Below, piece by piece: positions 1 to 11,475 of a stretch of 64,000 bases of DNA. The first letter of the stretch is position 1. The number at the start of each line of letters is the position of its first letter. The stretch comes from Callorhinchus milii (lineage: Eukaryota), in contig NW_024704743.1 in assembly GCF_018977255.1 (NCBI RefSeq), positions 93,064,001 through 93,128,000 on the forward strand, given 5' to 3'. The position numbers and the translations under genes were made by a program. The notes beneath the pieces were generated by a model that searched no databases, was not told where the DNA came from, and saw only the letters and a program-made list of their open reading frames with translations.

Positions 1-461
1 TGCTTCAAGAGTGCATCTTTTGCCATGCACAGCGGTCTGCATTTTTTTTTGTACATGTGTGAAAAGGAGGAGAAATAAGCTCACAATCACTCTTTCTTGG
101 CAAGCGATCCAATTTATGATGATATGAGCAAAATAAATTAAAGTTACTACAATATTTATCATTCTTGGATTTAGAACCAGATCCGTTGTGGTCCCCAGCT
201 AATTAGTTACAGATGCTGTTTCAACATTCTACTGTATTAGAGTAAACCGGTTGCCACAAATTCCTTCAATACCCCTTCCGAGTATTCAACAGAGAAATCA
301 ATTCATTGGAGTACTATTTGGTGTAAAGGCTCCTAATGAATCTGTTGACAGGCACTATGTCTAGGGTTACACCAGCAATGGATTTTTCATTGTTTTTCCT
401 TTCTAAATTGACTTTTTCGTCTCCATTATTTTCTTAGTCTAATATTCAGTGCTTCATTTGG

Positions 462-1893
462 CATAGAATCAGAGAATCATAGAATGTTACGGCACAGAAG
501 GAGGCCATTCGGCCCATCGAATCTGTGCCGGCTCTTTGACAGAGCAATTGACTTTTATTAACCCCACTCACCAGCTTTCTCCCCATAACCCTGCGAACCT
601 GTCTTCTCCAGATACCTATCCAGTTCTCTCTTAAAAGCTGTTATCAAATCGGACTTCACTGCCCTTTCGGGCAGATCATTCCAAATTCTAACAACTCGCT
701 GACTGAAAAAATTTCTTCTAACCTCCCCTTTGCTTCTTTTGGTAGATATCTTAAGACTGTGACCACGGGTCACAGACACACCTACCAGCGGAAACAACTT
801 TTCCCTATCTAGCCTGTCAAAACCTTTCATGATCTTGAAGACCTCTATCAGGTCCCCGCGTAACCTTCTCTGCTCTAATGGGAAAAGTCCTAACTTTTCC
901 AGCCTGGCCTCATAGCTAAGCTTCCCCATTCCTGGTATCATTCTCATGAATCTCCTCTGCACCCTTTCCAGTGCCTTAATATCCTTCCTGAGGTAAGGTG
1001 CCCAGAACTGGACCCAGTACTCCAGCTGAGGCCTAACCAGTGTTTTGTACAGATTAAGCATAACCTCCCTACTCTTATACTCTATGCCCCTACTAATGAA
1101 GCTCAGTACACCAAATGCCCTTTTTACTGCCCTATCTACCTGCTCTGCCACCTTCAATGAATCACTTATTTGAACGCCCAGATCTCTCTGTACGTTCACC
1201 CCCCTTAAGATTGAGCTACCAAGCCTATATTGCCTCCTATAATTTTTCCTACCTAAGTGTATCACCTCACACTTATCTACATTGAAATCCATCTGCCACA
1301 TGTCAGCCCATTCCACCATTCTGTGTATGTCTGCCTGCAGTCTGTCACAATCTTCTTCACTATTTACTACCCTACCTAACTTGGTATCATCTGCAAACTT
1401 GGAAATAGTGCTCCCTATGCCCAAGTCCAGATCATTAATATATATTAGAAAGAGTAGTGGTCCCAATACCGATCCCTGGGGGACACCGCTGCACACCTCC
1501 TTCCATTGCGAGAAACACCCATTAACCACCACCCTCTGCATTCTGTCACTCAGCCAGTTCCTAATCCAAACGGCTACTGTCCCCTTAATGCCGTGGGCTT
1601 CCAGTTTTTTTATTAACCTCTTATGCGGTACTGTGTCAAAAGCCTTTTTAAAATCCATGTAAATAATGTCCACCGCATTTCCCTCATCAACCCTCGCAGT
1701 CACCTCTTCAAAAAATTCTATTAGATTTGTTAGGCAAGATTTGCCTTTAACAAATCCATGTTGGCTGTCTCTAATTACCTCGTGTTCCTCTAAGTAGAGA
1801 TCTATTTTGTCCCGGATTACGGTCTCCAGTAGCTTTCCTATTATCGAAGTTAGGCTGACTGGCCTGTAATTTCCGGGCTTGTCTTTCTGCCCC
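462..1893 (-). mobile_element. CR1-clade LINE, 5'-truncated, RT region and C-terminus of ORF2 uninterrupted
   Basis: ORF 558-1991 contains [30 protein letters not shown] and FADD. The 3'UTR ends in (ATTCTATG)-type repeats at 462-485. Confidence 0.95.
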
Positions 1894-2051
1894 ATATTTC
1901 TGCATGAACCATGCGCCAGCTGAAATGGTTGACCAGATGAAGTTCTTCTGTGTGTTTTTTTTAAATAGCAATTTGGGAACACTGTACACAATTAAGCTAG
2001 CCAACTAACCTTCTGATGTTAAGCAATGTGAGTCAACCGGATGTGTGTAGA

Positions 2052-2725
2052 AATAACAACAGCAAAATTACATTCATAGAATGCCTTTCACGTCGGGAGT
2101 ACGTCCCAAAGCGCTGAACAGTCAGGTGTCGGGGCCCGAGCATGGGGGAGGGTGGTTTTGAAGTAAGGGAAGGCAGAGAGGTGGGAGGGCAACCAAAGGC
2201 ACGATCAAAGTGAATGGTCTTGAGACCAGCCTTGAAGGAGGTAAGGGAGGAAGCGAGGCGAAGGGACCATGGGATGTAGTTCCAGAGTGTGGGGGCAGAG
2301 AGGCTGAAAGCCCGGCCACCAATGGTAGGGCGGGTCGGGTGGGAAATATGGAGCAGGCCAGAGCCCGCTGAACAGAGGGAGTGGGCTGGTTGGTAGGGAG
2401 TCAGCAGGTCAGAGAGGTAGGAGGGGGCAAGGCCATGGATCGCCTTGAAAGTTAGGATGAGGATCTTGAACTCAATCCTCTGGGGGATGGGGAGCCAGTG
2501 GAGTCGGGCGAGGGTGGGAGTGATGGGGTCACAGAGCCTGGTGCGCGAGAGTACATGAGCTGCAGAGTTTTGGATGATCTGCAGCTTGTGAAGGGAAGAG
2601 TTGGGAAGGCCGATGAGGAGGGAGTACCCGTAGTCGAGCCTTGATGTGGCAAATGTGTGGGTGTGGGTTTTGGCAGCCTGAGGGGTGAGGCAGTGGCGGA
2701 GTCTGGCAATGTTGCGGAAATAGAG
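2052..2725 (-). mobile_element. L2-clade LINE 3' fragment
   Basis: Encodes SRLDYG..LQIIQNSAA..LARLHWLPI..RIEFKIL..GGRAFS..APTLWN and has a (TTG)n-type tail. Confidence 0.92.
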
Positions 2726-2790
2726 CAAAAACAATTTCCATTTTTATAATGCACTTCAAGTGGGATAATGTCTCAAAACCCTAAACAAAT

Positions 2791-4653
2791 CTTTTTAAGC
2801 TAAACAAAGTGAATCTTATTCATCGCACAGCATGGCATTGTTACACATAAATGTTCTTGTTTCATTTTTGCGTTTCCATAAACTGTATATCACGAGAAGC
2901 TTAGAAAGATCCCTGGAGCACTTAATCAGGAATAATGCGGGATATATTTGTATTCAACCCAGAGTGCCACCTATTTCATGTTCGTGTTAGCCAAGGGCAA
3001 GTCAGAATTCCCTGAGTCTTTTTAAACTAAATAAAGTGAATCATATTCATTGCTCAGCATGGTTCTTGCATTTGCATTCAACCCAGCTTGCCACCCATTT
3101 TGTGTCGATACTCCTCTTGGCTTTATAGTACAAGCGAAGTTTACTTTCATTGCAAATATTCTTCTGCTGATCCTTGAAATAAAGAGGTTTGGTTTCCTGA
3201 ATTCTTCTCCAGTGTCTTTTCCCATCTTAAATGTTCAGGACTGGACAGAAAACTCAGCTGAGTTTATAAACTCAATGAATGTTGACTCAATGTTAACACA
3301 ATGTTAACTCAGTGTATAACCTCAATGAACCAGTACAATTTTGCATTATTTGTAACTTCTCAATAAAAACACTGAGTCCAGCAAATTGTGTCCTCTTCTT
3401 GGACCTGGAAGTACTTCATGTCAATCACCATGATCTATTTTTGGAGCAGAGCTTCATTACACTGATAGGAATTCTAATGGAATTTCTTATCAAAAAATCC
3501 TAATAAGAATTATTGCAGTTAAAATTCTGGATTGTGATACTTTATTAACAGTGTTAAATCACAAATTATTAATAAAAAGCAACTAGTAATGTCTTAATGT
3601 CTTAACTGGCCCATGAGTGTGACATCCCCCAACCCTACCACTCCAGTATAATGGTACATTTCATGGCTAGCCGTACCCCCTCGTTGAACTGCAGCTTCGC
3701 AGATGACAACATAGGAATGTCAGTTAGTAAGTTACCAGTGAGTTCTTTATAGTGGTTATCCCACTAACCAGAAGACTAATCTGGCCATCGGTGGCTTCCG
3801 GCCCAACCATTTTAATGGAGTTGGAGTTGAGTCACACCTCCAGACAACTTGTTAATTCAGGTTAAGATTTTCAATGATTAATTAATTACAATTTTCATTT
3901 TGTTGCGTATTAGACCTCTTATTCCCACTTAAGTGTTTAAGGGCCCTTTCCAGGCTTGTCATGATATCTTCTTGTTGTTCAGGCCTTGCCACTGCAGGGT
4001 TTTTTTTTTTGCTTGATGTGGAGAAACCTAAAAATTAAACATTTATTGACTCCCGTAACACACAAAACAGAGTAATAATCCAACATTCTGTATGTCCTCC
4101 CTCATTGTATGTGTTGAGACAATTAGCAGAAACTGTTGTGAGAAGGTAAAGAAAAGATGTAGGATATTTCAAAGGCTTGGTTCACTGTGAGGGTAAGTGA
4201 AGTAGCAACTCTAAATTCATGGGTAAATTTTATCTTTCTACAGTATTCCATGATTTAAACTATTTGCATTCAACCTAGCCTGCCACTCATTTTGTGTCTG
4301 TATTAGCCTAGGGTGTATTAGAATTGCCTGAATCTTTTTAAGATAAACAAAGTGAATCTTATTCATCGCACAGCATGGATTAGTTATACTTTCATCTGTT
4401 GAATCTTCACTTGCCTTGAGGAGGAGATAAAGTAGTTATTGCAATAGGTGACTGGAGATTTAAATAGGCAACTAAAACGGTTTGAGTCTAAGAATACAAA
4501 GTGTGCATCAAGTTATTATAAAAGTAGCAATCTTCTTGAACTTTATAGTAAAAGTGAAGTTTACTTTAGCTGGAAAATATTCTTCTGCTGATCCTTAAAG
4601 TAAAAATGTTTGTTTTCCTCCATTCTTCTCCAATATCTTTTCCCATTCTGAAT
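2791..4653. repeat. Local degenerate multi-module duplication of unknown origin
   Basis: Module A at 2791-2835, 3018-3062 and 4334-4378. Module B at about 2947-3017, 3070-3106 and 4262-4333. Module C at 3115-3232 and 4534-4653. Confidence 0.8.
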
Positions 4654-4809
4654 TTTGTCACTCCCATTCTACATCCAGATTTGAAATCTTCAGTGTTCTA
4701 CTGTAGACATTTGGATACACAGGATGGCCTTCACCTGTGCTGGTTGCAATGAAGAGCTTATTTCCTCCCAGAAAACGCTGAACTTGCATCAAAATCATAA
4801 ATGATAGCC

Positions 4810-6160
4810 AATATGGGTGCATGAAGGGAAGTTCTTGTCAATCTAATTTACTGGTTTTCTTTAACGGTGTGACAAGGGAGCTTGATAAAGGTAAGGCAAT
4901 GGATGTTGTATATTTAGATTTCAATAAGGCATTTGATACAGTTCCTCTTCAGAGGCTGGTACTAAAAGTAAAGAAAGCAGGAATCAGAGGAGGTATATTG
5001 CAATGGATATGCGACTGGTTGACCGGAAGAACTCAGAGGGTGGTGGTACAGCAAATGTCATCAGACTGGGAAAATGTTACCAGTGGCATTCCACAAGGGT
5101 CTGTTTTGGGACCTCTTTCTTTTAATATTTTTATAAATGATCTGGAACTAGAAGTTGCAAGCACATTGGCTAAGTTTGCAGATGACACCAAGCTAATGAA
5201 GGTGATAGATTGCAAAGCTGAACAAGATAAGATACCGGAGGATTGAACCTATTCGGGAATTGGGCAAATTTGAATATACTTGGGAATTGGGGAAATTCAA
5301 CAACAGCAACAAAATTACATTTGTATAGTGCCTTTCACATCAGGAGGACGTCCCAAGGTACTGAAATCAATGTGGAGAAAAATATTTCACATGGGCACAA
5401 AAAATCCTGGAAGGGACTATTATTTGAACGGAAGGAAAATAATATGTATGGAAAATGAAAAGGACCTGGGGGTCCTGACAGACAATAAATTGAAGTTCTC
5501 CCAACAATGCTCTGTGGCAGTGAGTAAAGCAAACCAGATGTTGGGATGTATCAAAAGCTCAATAGCAAGCCGAAATAGTGGGTTATCCTGCCACTCTATA
5601 AATCATTGGTGAGACCATACTTGGAGTAATGTGTACAGTTCTGGTCACTGCAGTACAAAAAGGATTTTGGAGAAATCGAGAAGATACAGAGCAACCAAAA
5701 TGATTGAAGGAATGGAAGGACTGGACTATGAGGAGCAACAAAGTAAACTGGGCATGTTCACGCTGGGAAAGACAAGATTGAGAGGCAACATGATTGCTGT
5801 CTTTAAGCTTCTAAAGGGGCTAGACAATATAGATCATGACAGGCTGTTTCAACTTGTCCAGAATAGAAATAACCAGTGGACACTGCCTGCGATTGAAGGG
5901 GGATAAATTGAGAATGAATCTATGCAAACACTATTTCAATGAACGAATCGTGAACCAGTGGAATAGACTCCCTAGTGAGACAGTTGAAGCAGGAAGTATT
6001 GATTCTTTCAAAAGCAGATCAGATAGTTTTCTTTTAGGAAATAACATTATGGGATATAGTACATAGGTAGTCTGGGACATATGTGCATGCAACCGCCAGG
6101 AAGGTGGAAGGTGAACTAGATGGATTTTGGTCTTTTTTCGTCTAGCATTTCTTATGTAAT
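4810..6160 (+). mobile_element. CR1-clade LINE, older subfamily, frameshifted, interrupted by an L2 tail
   Basis: [28 protein letters not shown] and FADDTKL, then EKDLGV, RLRGNMIAVFK and WNRLP in shifted frames. Confidence 0.93.
5298..5363 (-). mobile_element. L2 3'-tail fragment nested in CR1
   Basis: caacaacagcaacaaaattacatttgtatagtgcctttcac...tcccaagg matches the other L2 tails. Flanked by gaaattcaa / gaaatcaa. Confidence 0.85.
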
Positions 6161-6164
6161 TTCC

Positions 6165-6517
6165 AATATGTGCATTCAGAATAATGTGATTGTATATTTG
6201 TATGTGAATGTGGCAGCCAATTTTTAAACAGCAATGTCCAACAAACAGCCATGAAGTGAATGCCCAATTTACCTGGGAAATTATTAGTCAGAACACTGAG
6301 AAAAACTCCCTTCTCTTTTGAAAAGTGTTGTGGGATATTTAATGTCTGCTTGAACAGGTAGACACAACCTCGGTTGAACAATTCATCTGAAGGATGGCAC
6401 CTCCAACAATGCAGCACTACACTATGTGTCAGTCTACACTGTGAGTTCAAACTCCCAAATAGGGCTTGAATCCACACCTTTCTGATCCAGGGGCAAGAAA
6501 GCTACCAACTAAACCAT
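6165..6517 (-). mobile_element. Deu-domain tRNA-SINE (old)
   Basis: tRNA-like head, then gtgctgcattgttggaggtgccatccttcagatga...aaccgagg...gaagggagtt, the Deu core known from AmnSINE1/SacSINE1-type elements. Confidence 0.8.
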
Positions 6518-7241
6518 ACTCATAGCTTTTGGTACATATAATTGTCTAAAGCTGAACATCATCAGTTTCGGTGCATGATATCTTCACTTTAAAAACTGTA
6601 CGCTATACATTCTTGTTTTTTTAAAATATATATTTTGTTTGATGTGGAGAAAAAACAATCACTGGTATCACATTGGTTTCAGTCTTTGACTTCCAGGACT
6701 ATTGAAGAACTCCATGCAAGTAAGAAGCATCTAAAGTGTTTTGGATCAGACTTAAGCAAGTAGCTTAACCAGTAGTTTTACTTCATCAGCAAACAATGGG
6801 ACATCCTCCCAACATCCTCCCTCCATAAAAGGCACACGTTAAATGTAAATTGGTTTACATGTTATGCTACTCCATGTTTATTAAGTAGCATTACTACTAC
6901 CCAAAGCAAATCTTTAAACTAATACCAGTTCTATAAAAACTCCCATGATAATACTGAAATGTTTATCTCATGCTGTATTGAACTTGGCTTCACTCGTCAA
7001 AAAATCTCTGGTTCAATTCATTATCTGTATGAACTAACTGATCCCAATGAGTGCAGCAGATCTGTGGTGTGAGTTGCTGAGGTAGAGAGGGAGGGAGAAA
7101 TTAAGATTACACATTAATGAACACCCCTGCTGGAAACTATGACTGGATGTTGGACAACAGATTCCAACAAAAAAGTAAGCTAGGATCATTTGGGACACCC
7201 TCTAAGTTGGAATATTGTGGAGATGCAAAGCATTCTAAATC

Positions 7242-7617
7242 ATAATAATAAAAAAAATCCTTGCATTTGATATATCGCCTTATCACATCTTCTAGACGTC
7301 TCAAAGTGTTTCACAGAATATACTGTAAAGTGAATTAACAGTATGTTTTGCGGATGAAATATGGCAGCCAATTGCACACAGCAGTGTCCCGCAAACAGTC
7401 ATGGATTAAGTGACCATATTATTAATTTTAAGGAATTATTATCCCTGGGAAAGCGATCTGCCAATCGACTAACAATTGTTAGGTTCCTGCTTACTGCTAG
7501 ATAAACAGGTGTGTGGAGTAAAGAAACTTGCCCAACATTTCGCCCTGCCCGGGAATTGAACCTAAGTCCTCTAGCTTGTGATATGACTGCTCTAACCACT
7601 AAGCTACAGGACTCCAC
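7242..7617 (-). mobile_element. Young tRNA-derived SINE, long form, L2-type tail
   Basis: Head gtggagtcctgtagcttagtggttagagc (A box)...ggttcaattccc (B box). Tail gcgatatatcaaatgcaaggatt(att)n. Confidence 0.9.
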
Positions 7618-8109
7618 AAGATAAGACTTATGTGAGTTTTGCTGTATTCTGAATACCTGAATAACAGGTACCACCCAGACCCACTGTTCCTTGTCCTCTG
7701 TACTCTTCTGTTTCTCAATTACATCCTGAAGATTATATATGTTAAATAAGACATCTTGTGTCATTTGAGGAGCTAATGGGAAAACAAACCCTAAATTCCT
7801 TGATATTGTGGTGCCTGTTTATAGGAGATACAATGGTCCCATGAAAACCACTAAAAAGGTTTTTAGTTTTGTATTGGTTTAAGTTGGATTCTTTTTGCCT
7901 AGGAAATTTAGATATTTTCTCAAGAACAGCAAAAATGTGTAACTATGCAACTCTTTGCAACTCCAAAGAATATTACATGTAGCAAACTAAATGTTTGCAG
8001 AGTTTCAGTGGTTCCAAAGAGAACCCCTCTATAGCTTATTACACAACACAAACGGTGTCTCCTAGAGCTCAGACACCTTCTCCTCCAGCTTCCCTATACT
8101 GCAACAAAA

Positions 8110-8320
8110 ACATAAGTCACTGGGAACATTCAGCAGGTCAGGCAGCATCTACGGAGAAAGAAAAGTGAGTCATTTTGGGTCCACGATCCTTTGTCAGAAC
8201 TGCGGCATAATGGGAGGGAGAGGCTTTTAAAGGCTAACAGAGAGGGGTGAGGCAGGGCAAGGAAGACAAAGGAGAAAAGGGGGCAGAGGATAGGGAATGA
8301 TGGGTTAAAGAGGTGTCCCT
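8110..8320 (-). mobile_element. Penelope-like element terminal fragment
   Basis: Minus strand reads cagttctgacaaaggatcgtggacccaaaatgactc...gatgctgcctgacctgctgaatgtt, which resembles the pLTR end of chondrichthyan Penelope elements (recognised from memory). Confidence 0.6.
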
Positions 8321-9356
8321 TTACTGCTCTGCTCACCATAATGATTGCACTTCTTTTTCCCACTGAAATTCCATGTGGCTGTTATCACCTTATTGAACTG
8401 GGGGCAGTGGTCTGTTCTGAAATCAATTCCTGATAGACTATGTCCAGCCATAAGATGTTGTACCTGCCAGAGACTAACACTTATATAACATAATTTCCAT
8501 GCATTAGTTTTCTGGTTAAAAAACTATGATGGGTTCACATCCAAAATCCTCTACTCAACCACCAAATCGCCAACAGAATTTGAAAAGTCATTGTCTTCAG
8601 GAAAGAATGGAGTTTGAAGGAAATAAAATGTTTGAAAAAAATACAAAATTACTTGTACACAGATGTTTATACATAGGCAAAGGAATGCTTACTCAATTCA
8701 TTCCTAGAGTTTGATGACCAACATAACATTATTTATTACCCGTGAGACAACATCACGCTTTTATTAAAGGCCAACTTCATTGTTGAATTTTCTCTAATGT
8801 GAAAGACTGAGCCAGGAGAGTGGAGAGGCACCTTGTGTGAGCTGCAGTTGACATTTTACAATTACTTTCAAACACACAATCTCCATACCTTCTTGCATGG
8901 GAAACTAATAACAGACGGGCCAAGGAATAGATGCCATAAAAATGCTCATCAATGATTCAGAATGTTTTCCATCGCGTAAATGTTTAATACAGTGTAATGC
9001 TCCCAATTCGCACCAGCTTCGCCATAGGGATATCACATACACCTGCTAAGTAACTTTGGTATCCTGAGGAGATATATTTCTGTTTGATACATTACGTGCT
9101 TCACAAGCCACATTTACAAACGACAGCTGCATTGCAATATAGTACATTAGTATTATAGCCCTCCCTTTACACAAAGGGTTTTGTGTGTGTCTCAGAGCGT
9201 GATGGCCCGTACATGGTGACCTGTTAATCACTTCATTAGCAAGTTACATCCATATAATTATGACTGTTACGACAAAAAGTGCTTCTTGTTCTACCTGCAG
9301 AATGGTTTATCGACTGCCTTTACCTGTCAGCTTCTGTAGTAAAGCCCAAACAGGTA

Positions 9357-9503
9357 ATTATCATTTCAGTGGAGGTGTGGAGGGAAAGGAGGTTTAGTTG
9401 AGATCATTATCATTTCAGTGGAGGTGTGGAGGGAAAAGTGGTTTAGTTGAGATCATTATCATTTCAGTGGAGGTGTGGAGGGAGAGAAGGTTTAGTTGAG
9501 ATC
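9357..9503 (+). repeat. Tandem repeat, 3 x 49 bp
   Basis: Unit attatcatttcagtggaggtgtggaggga-NNNNN-ggtttagttgagatc starting at 9357, 9406 and 9455. Confidence 0.97.
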
Positions 9504-9537
9504 TGTGTACAAATTTAGTGATTGAAATGTAAAAGTT

Positions 9538-9764
9538 ATATAATAATAATTCTTGCATTTGCTATATTGCTTTTCACATCTTCTAGACGTCTCAAAGCAC
9601 TTCACGGAATATACTGTGAATTGGCTGTATATTTGTGGGCGAAACATGGCAGCCAATTGCACACAGCAGTGCCCCCCAAACAGTCATGGAAAGTTGCCCA
9701 AGATTTCACCCTGCCGGGAATTGAACCCAGGTCGCTCGCTCACGAGGCGAGTGCTCTAACTGCT
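9538..9764 (-). mobile_element. Young tRNA-SINE, heavily internally deleted form
   Basis: The head (gagcactcgcctcgtgagcgagcgacctgggttcaattcccggc) joins directly to the 3' body at tttcc|atgactgtttg. Confidence 0.88.
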
Positions 9765-9934
9765 CGCCCCCTCCTTCCCCATCTTTAGGTCGCACCTGAA
9801 AACCTTCCTCTTCAAGCGCGCCTATGGTCATCTTCCCCCTCCCGCTGGCTTGGCCTCGGGCTTCGCCATTGTTAAGCGCTTTGAGACATTGTCCGGCGTG
9901 AAGGGCGCTATATAATGCAAGTTGTTGTTGTTGT
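9765..9934 (+). mobile_element. L2 3' end
   Basis: ctgaaaaccttcctcttc (LKTFLF)...aagcgctttgagac...gcgctatataatgcaagttgttgttg. Confidence 0.85.
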
Positions 9935-10173
9935 GATCTATATTTGTCAGACTGTTGTCACTTGGTCCATTTTACTAACTCTTACTGAAATCATAAATTT
10001 TCCTCATTGAAATATAAAAGAAATTATGACATAGTCCAGCAGTATCTCTGTTGGTAAAGCCACTCTAATTGAGGAACTGAACCATTTAGACCCAGAGGCC
10101 TATGCTTGATCACTAGTGTGATCTTAAATATTTGATTTTGGTCAAGACAAGATTGAGGTGCTAGAATTAACCT

Positions 10174-10930
10174 CAACAACAACAAAATTACATTTATATA
10201 GTGCCTTTCACATTGGGAGGACATCCCAAGGCACTGGACAATCAGTGTTTTGGACCCGAGCTGGGGATTGGGATCAGGGAGGATGGATGGCAGGGGATGA
10301 AGGAGGGTGACTGAAGGCACGGTTGAAGATGAGGGTCATGAGACAGGTCATGAAAGAGGAATGGAAGGTGGCAAGGTGGAGGGACTGCAGGATGGAGTTC
10401 CAGAGCGTGGGGGCACAGTAACAGAATGCCTGCCTGCCAATAGTGGGGTGGGCGACGGGGGGGAACGTGAAGCAGGTTGGAGCCTACCGAGCGGAGGGAG
10501 CGGACAGGTTGTTATGTGGTTAGAAGGTCGCAAAGGTAGGGGGAGCAAGGCCATGGAAAGCTTTGAAGGTGAGGACCAGGATCTTAAACTGTATCCTCTG
10601 TGTGATGGGAAGCCACTGGAGTCAGGCGAGGATCAGGGTGATAGAGTCATGGAGCCTGTTGCAGGAGAAAACACAGGCTCTAGAGTTCTGGATGACCTGC
10701 AACCTATGGAGGGAGGAGTTGGGGAGGCTGACAAGCAGGGAGTTTACATAGTCAAGCCTGGATGTTATGAAAGCATGTACGAGGGTCTTGGCAACCTACA
10801 GTGTGAGAAAGTGTCGGAGACAATGTTGCAGAGGTGGGGAAGGCAGAGCAAGACATGGCACGGATGTGGGTTAGGGAGGATAGTTGAGCTTCAAACAAGA
10901 CACCAAGGTTCCGGACTGGCTTAATAAGGT
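10174..10930 (-). mobile_element. L2 3' fragment, decayed
   Basis: (caa)n tail at 10174, and colinear with the copies at 2052 and 62930. Confidence 0.88.
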
Positions 10931-10949
10931 CGAGTATGTACCTCAGCAG

Positions 10950-11190
10950 CTAAGCTAATAAGGAGAAAGGTTAATAAACGTTCCAACTCCTGATTACTGT
11001 CCAGCATCATTGATGAAAGTACCATGTTTTGACATTGGGTGATACCTTCTTGTGCAGAAAACTCTGCCTCTATTGCGCACATGAAGAATCACCACCATGG
11101 TGAGATACCACAGGGGTGAGACATGACGTTTGAAACCATATGCCAGCATGCACCAGCATGTTCAGGAGTGGGGTGTAGAAAGCTGAAAAG
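10950..11190 (+). mobile_element. Old unclassified SINE-like repeat (family C), 3' part
   Basis: ttccaactcctgattactgtccag...cacatgaagaatcaccac...gaaaccatatgccagca...ttcaggag shows loose similarity to 22860-23030(-), 46680-46855(+), 47240-47390(-), 49245-49375(-) and 58250-58610(+). Confidence 0.5.
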
Positions 11191-11461
11191 GAAGAAATAT
11201 ATTATGATTGCTTATCAACTATAATCAATATCAAATAAATAATCACACTGAAACAATCTAACGACCAAAAGAATAGATTGGCTAGTGCCATGTGTTTGTT
11301 ATATTTGGTGCTAAATTTGACAAGAAGATTTGAAGATATTTCTCAATTGACAACTTGTTAAAACTGTATCCTGAAATTAAATTTTCTTTGCAATTTATGG
11401 GATAATAATTGCGGTAATTTTAAAGCCTTCCTAGTGCTATTTGAGAAACATTTGATAACTA

Positions 11462-11475
11462 CCAGCAGGTGGAGC
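11462..11475 (+). promoter_or_regulatory. Candidate CTCF site
   Basis: CCAGCAGGTGGAGC, a close match to the CTCF core in unique sequence. Confidence 0.5.

Noticed and set aside
1282..1662. Antisense and alternate-frame ORFs over LINEs (also 10307-10924, 16470-16835, 63309-63877)
   Set aside because: These are shadows of CR1/L2 coding sequence.
9357..9503. CRISPR-like repeat-spacer pattern
   Set aside because: Vertebrate DNA, 5-nt variable part, three units and no cas genes. It is a minisatellite.
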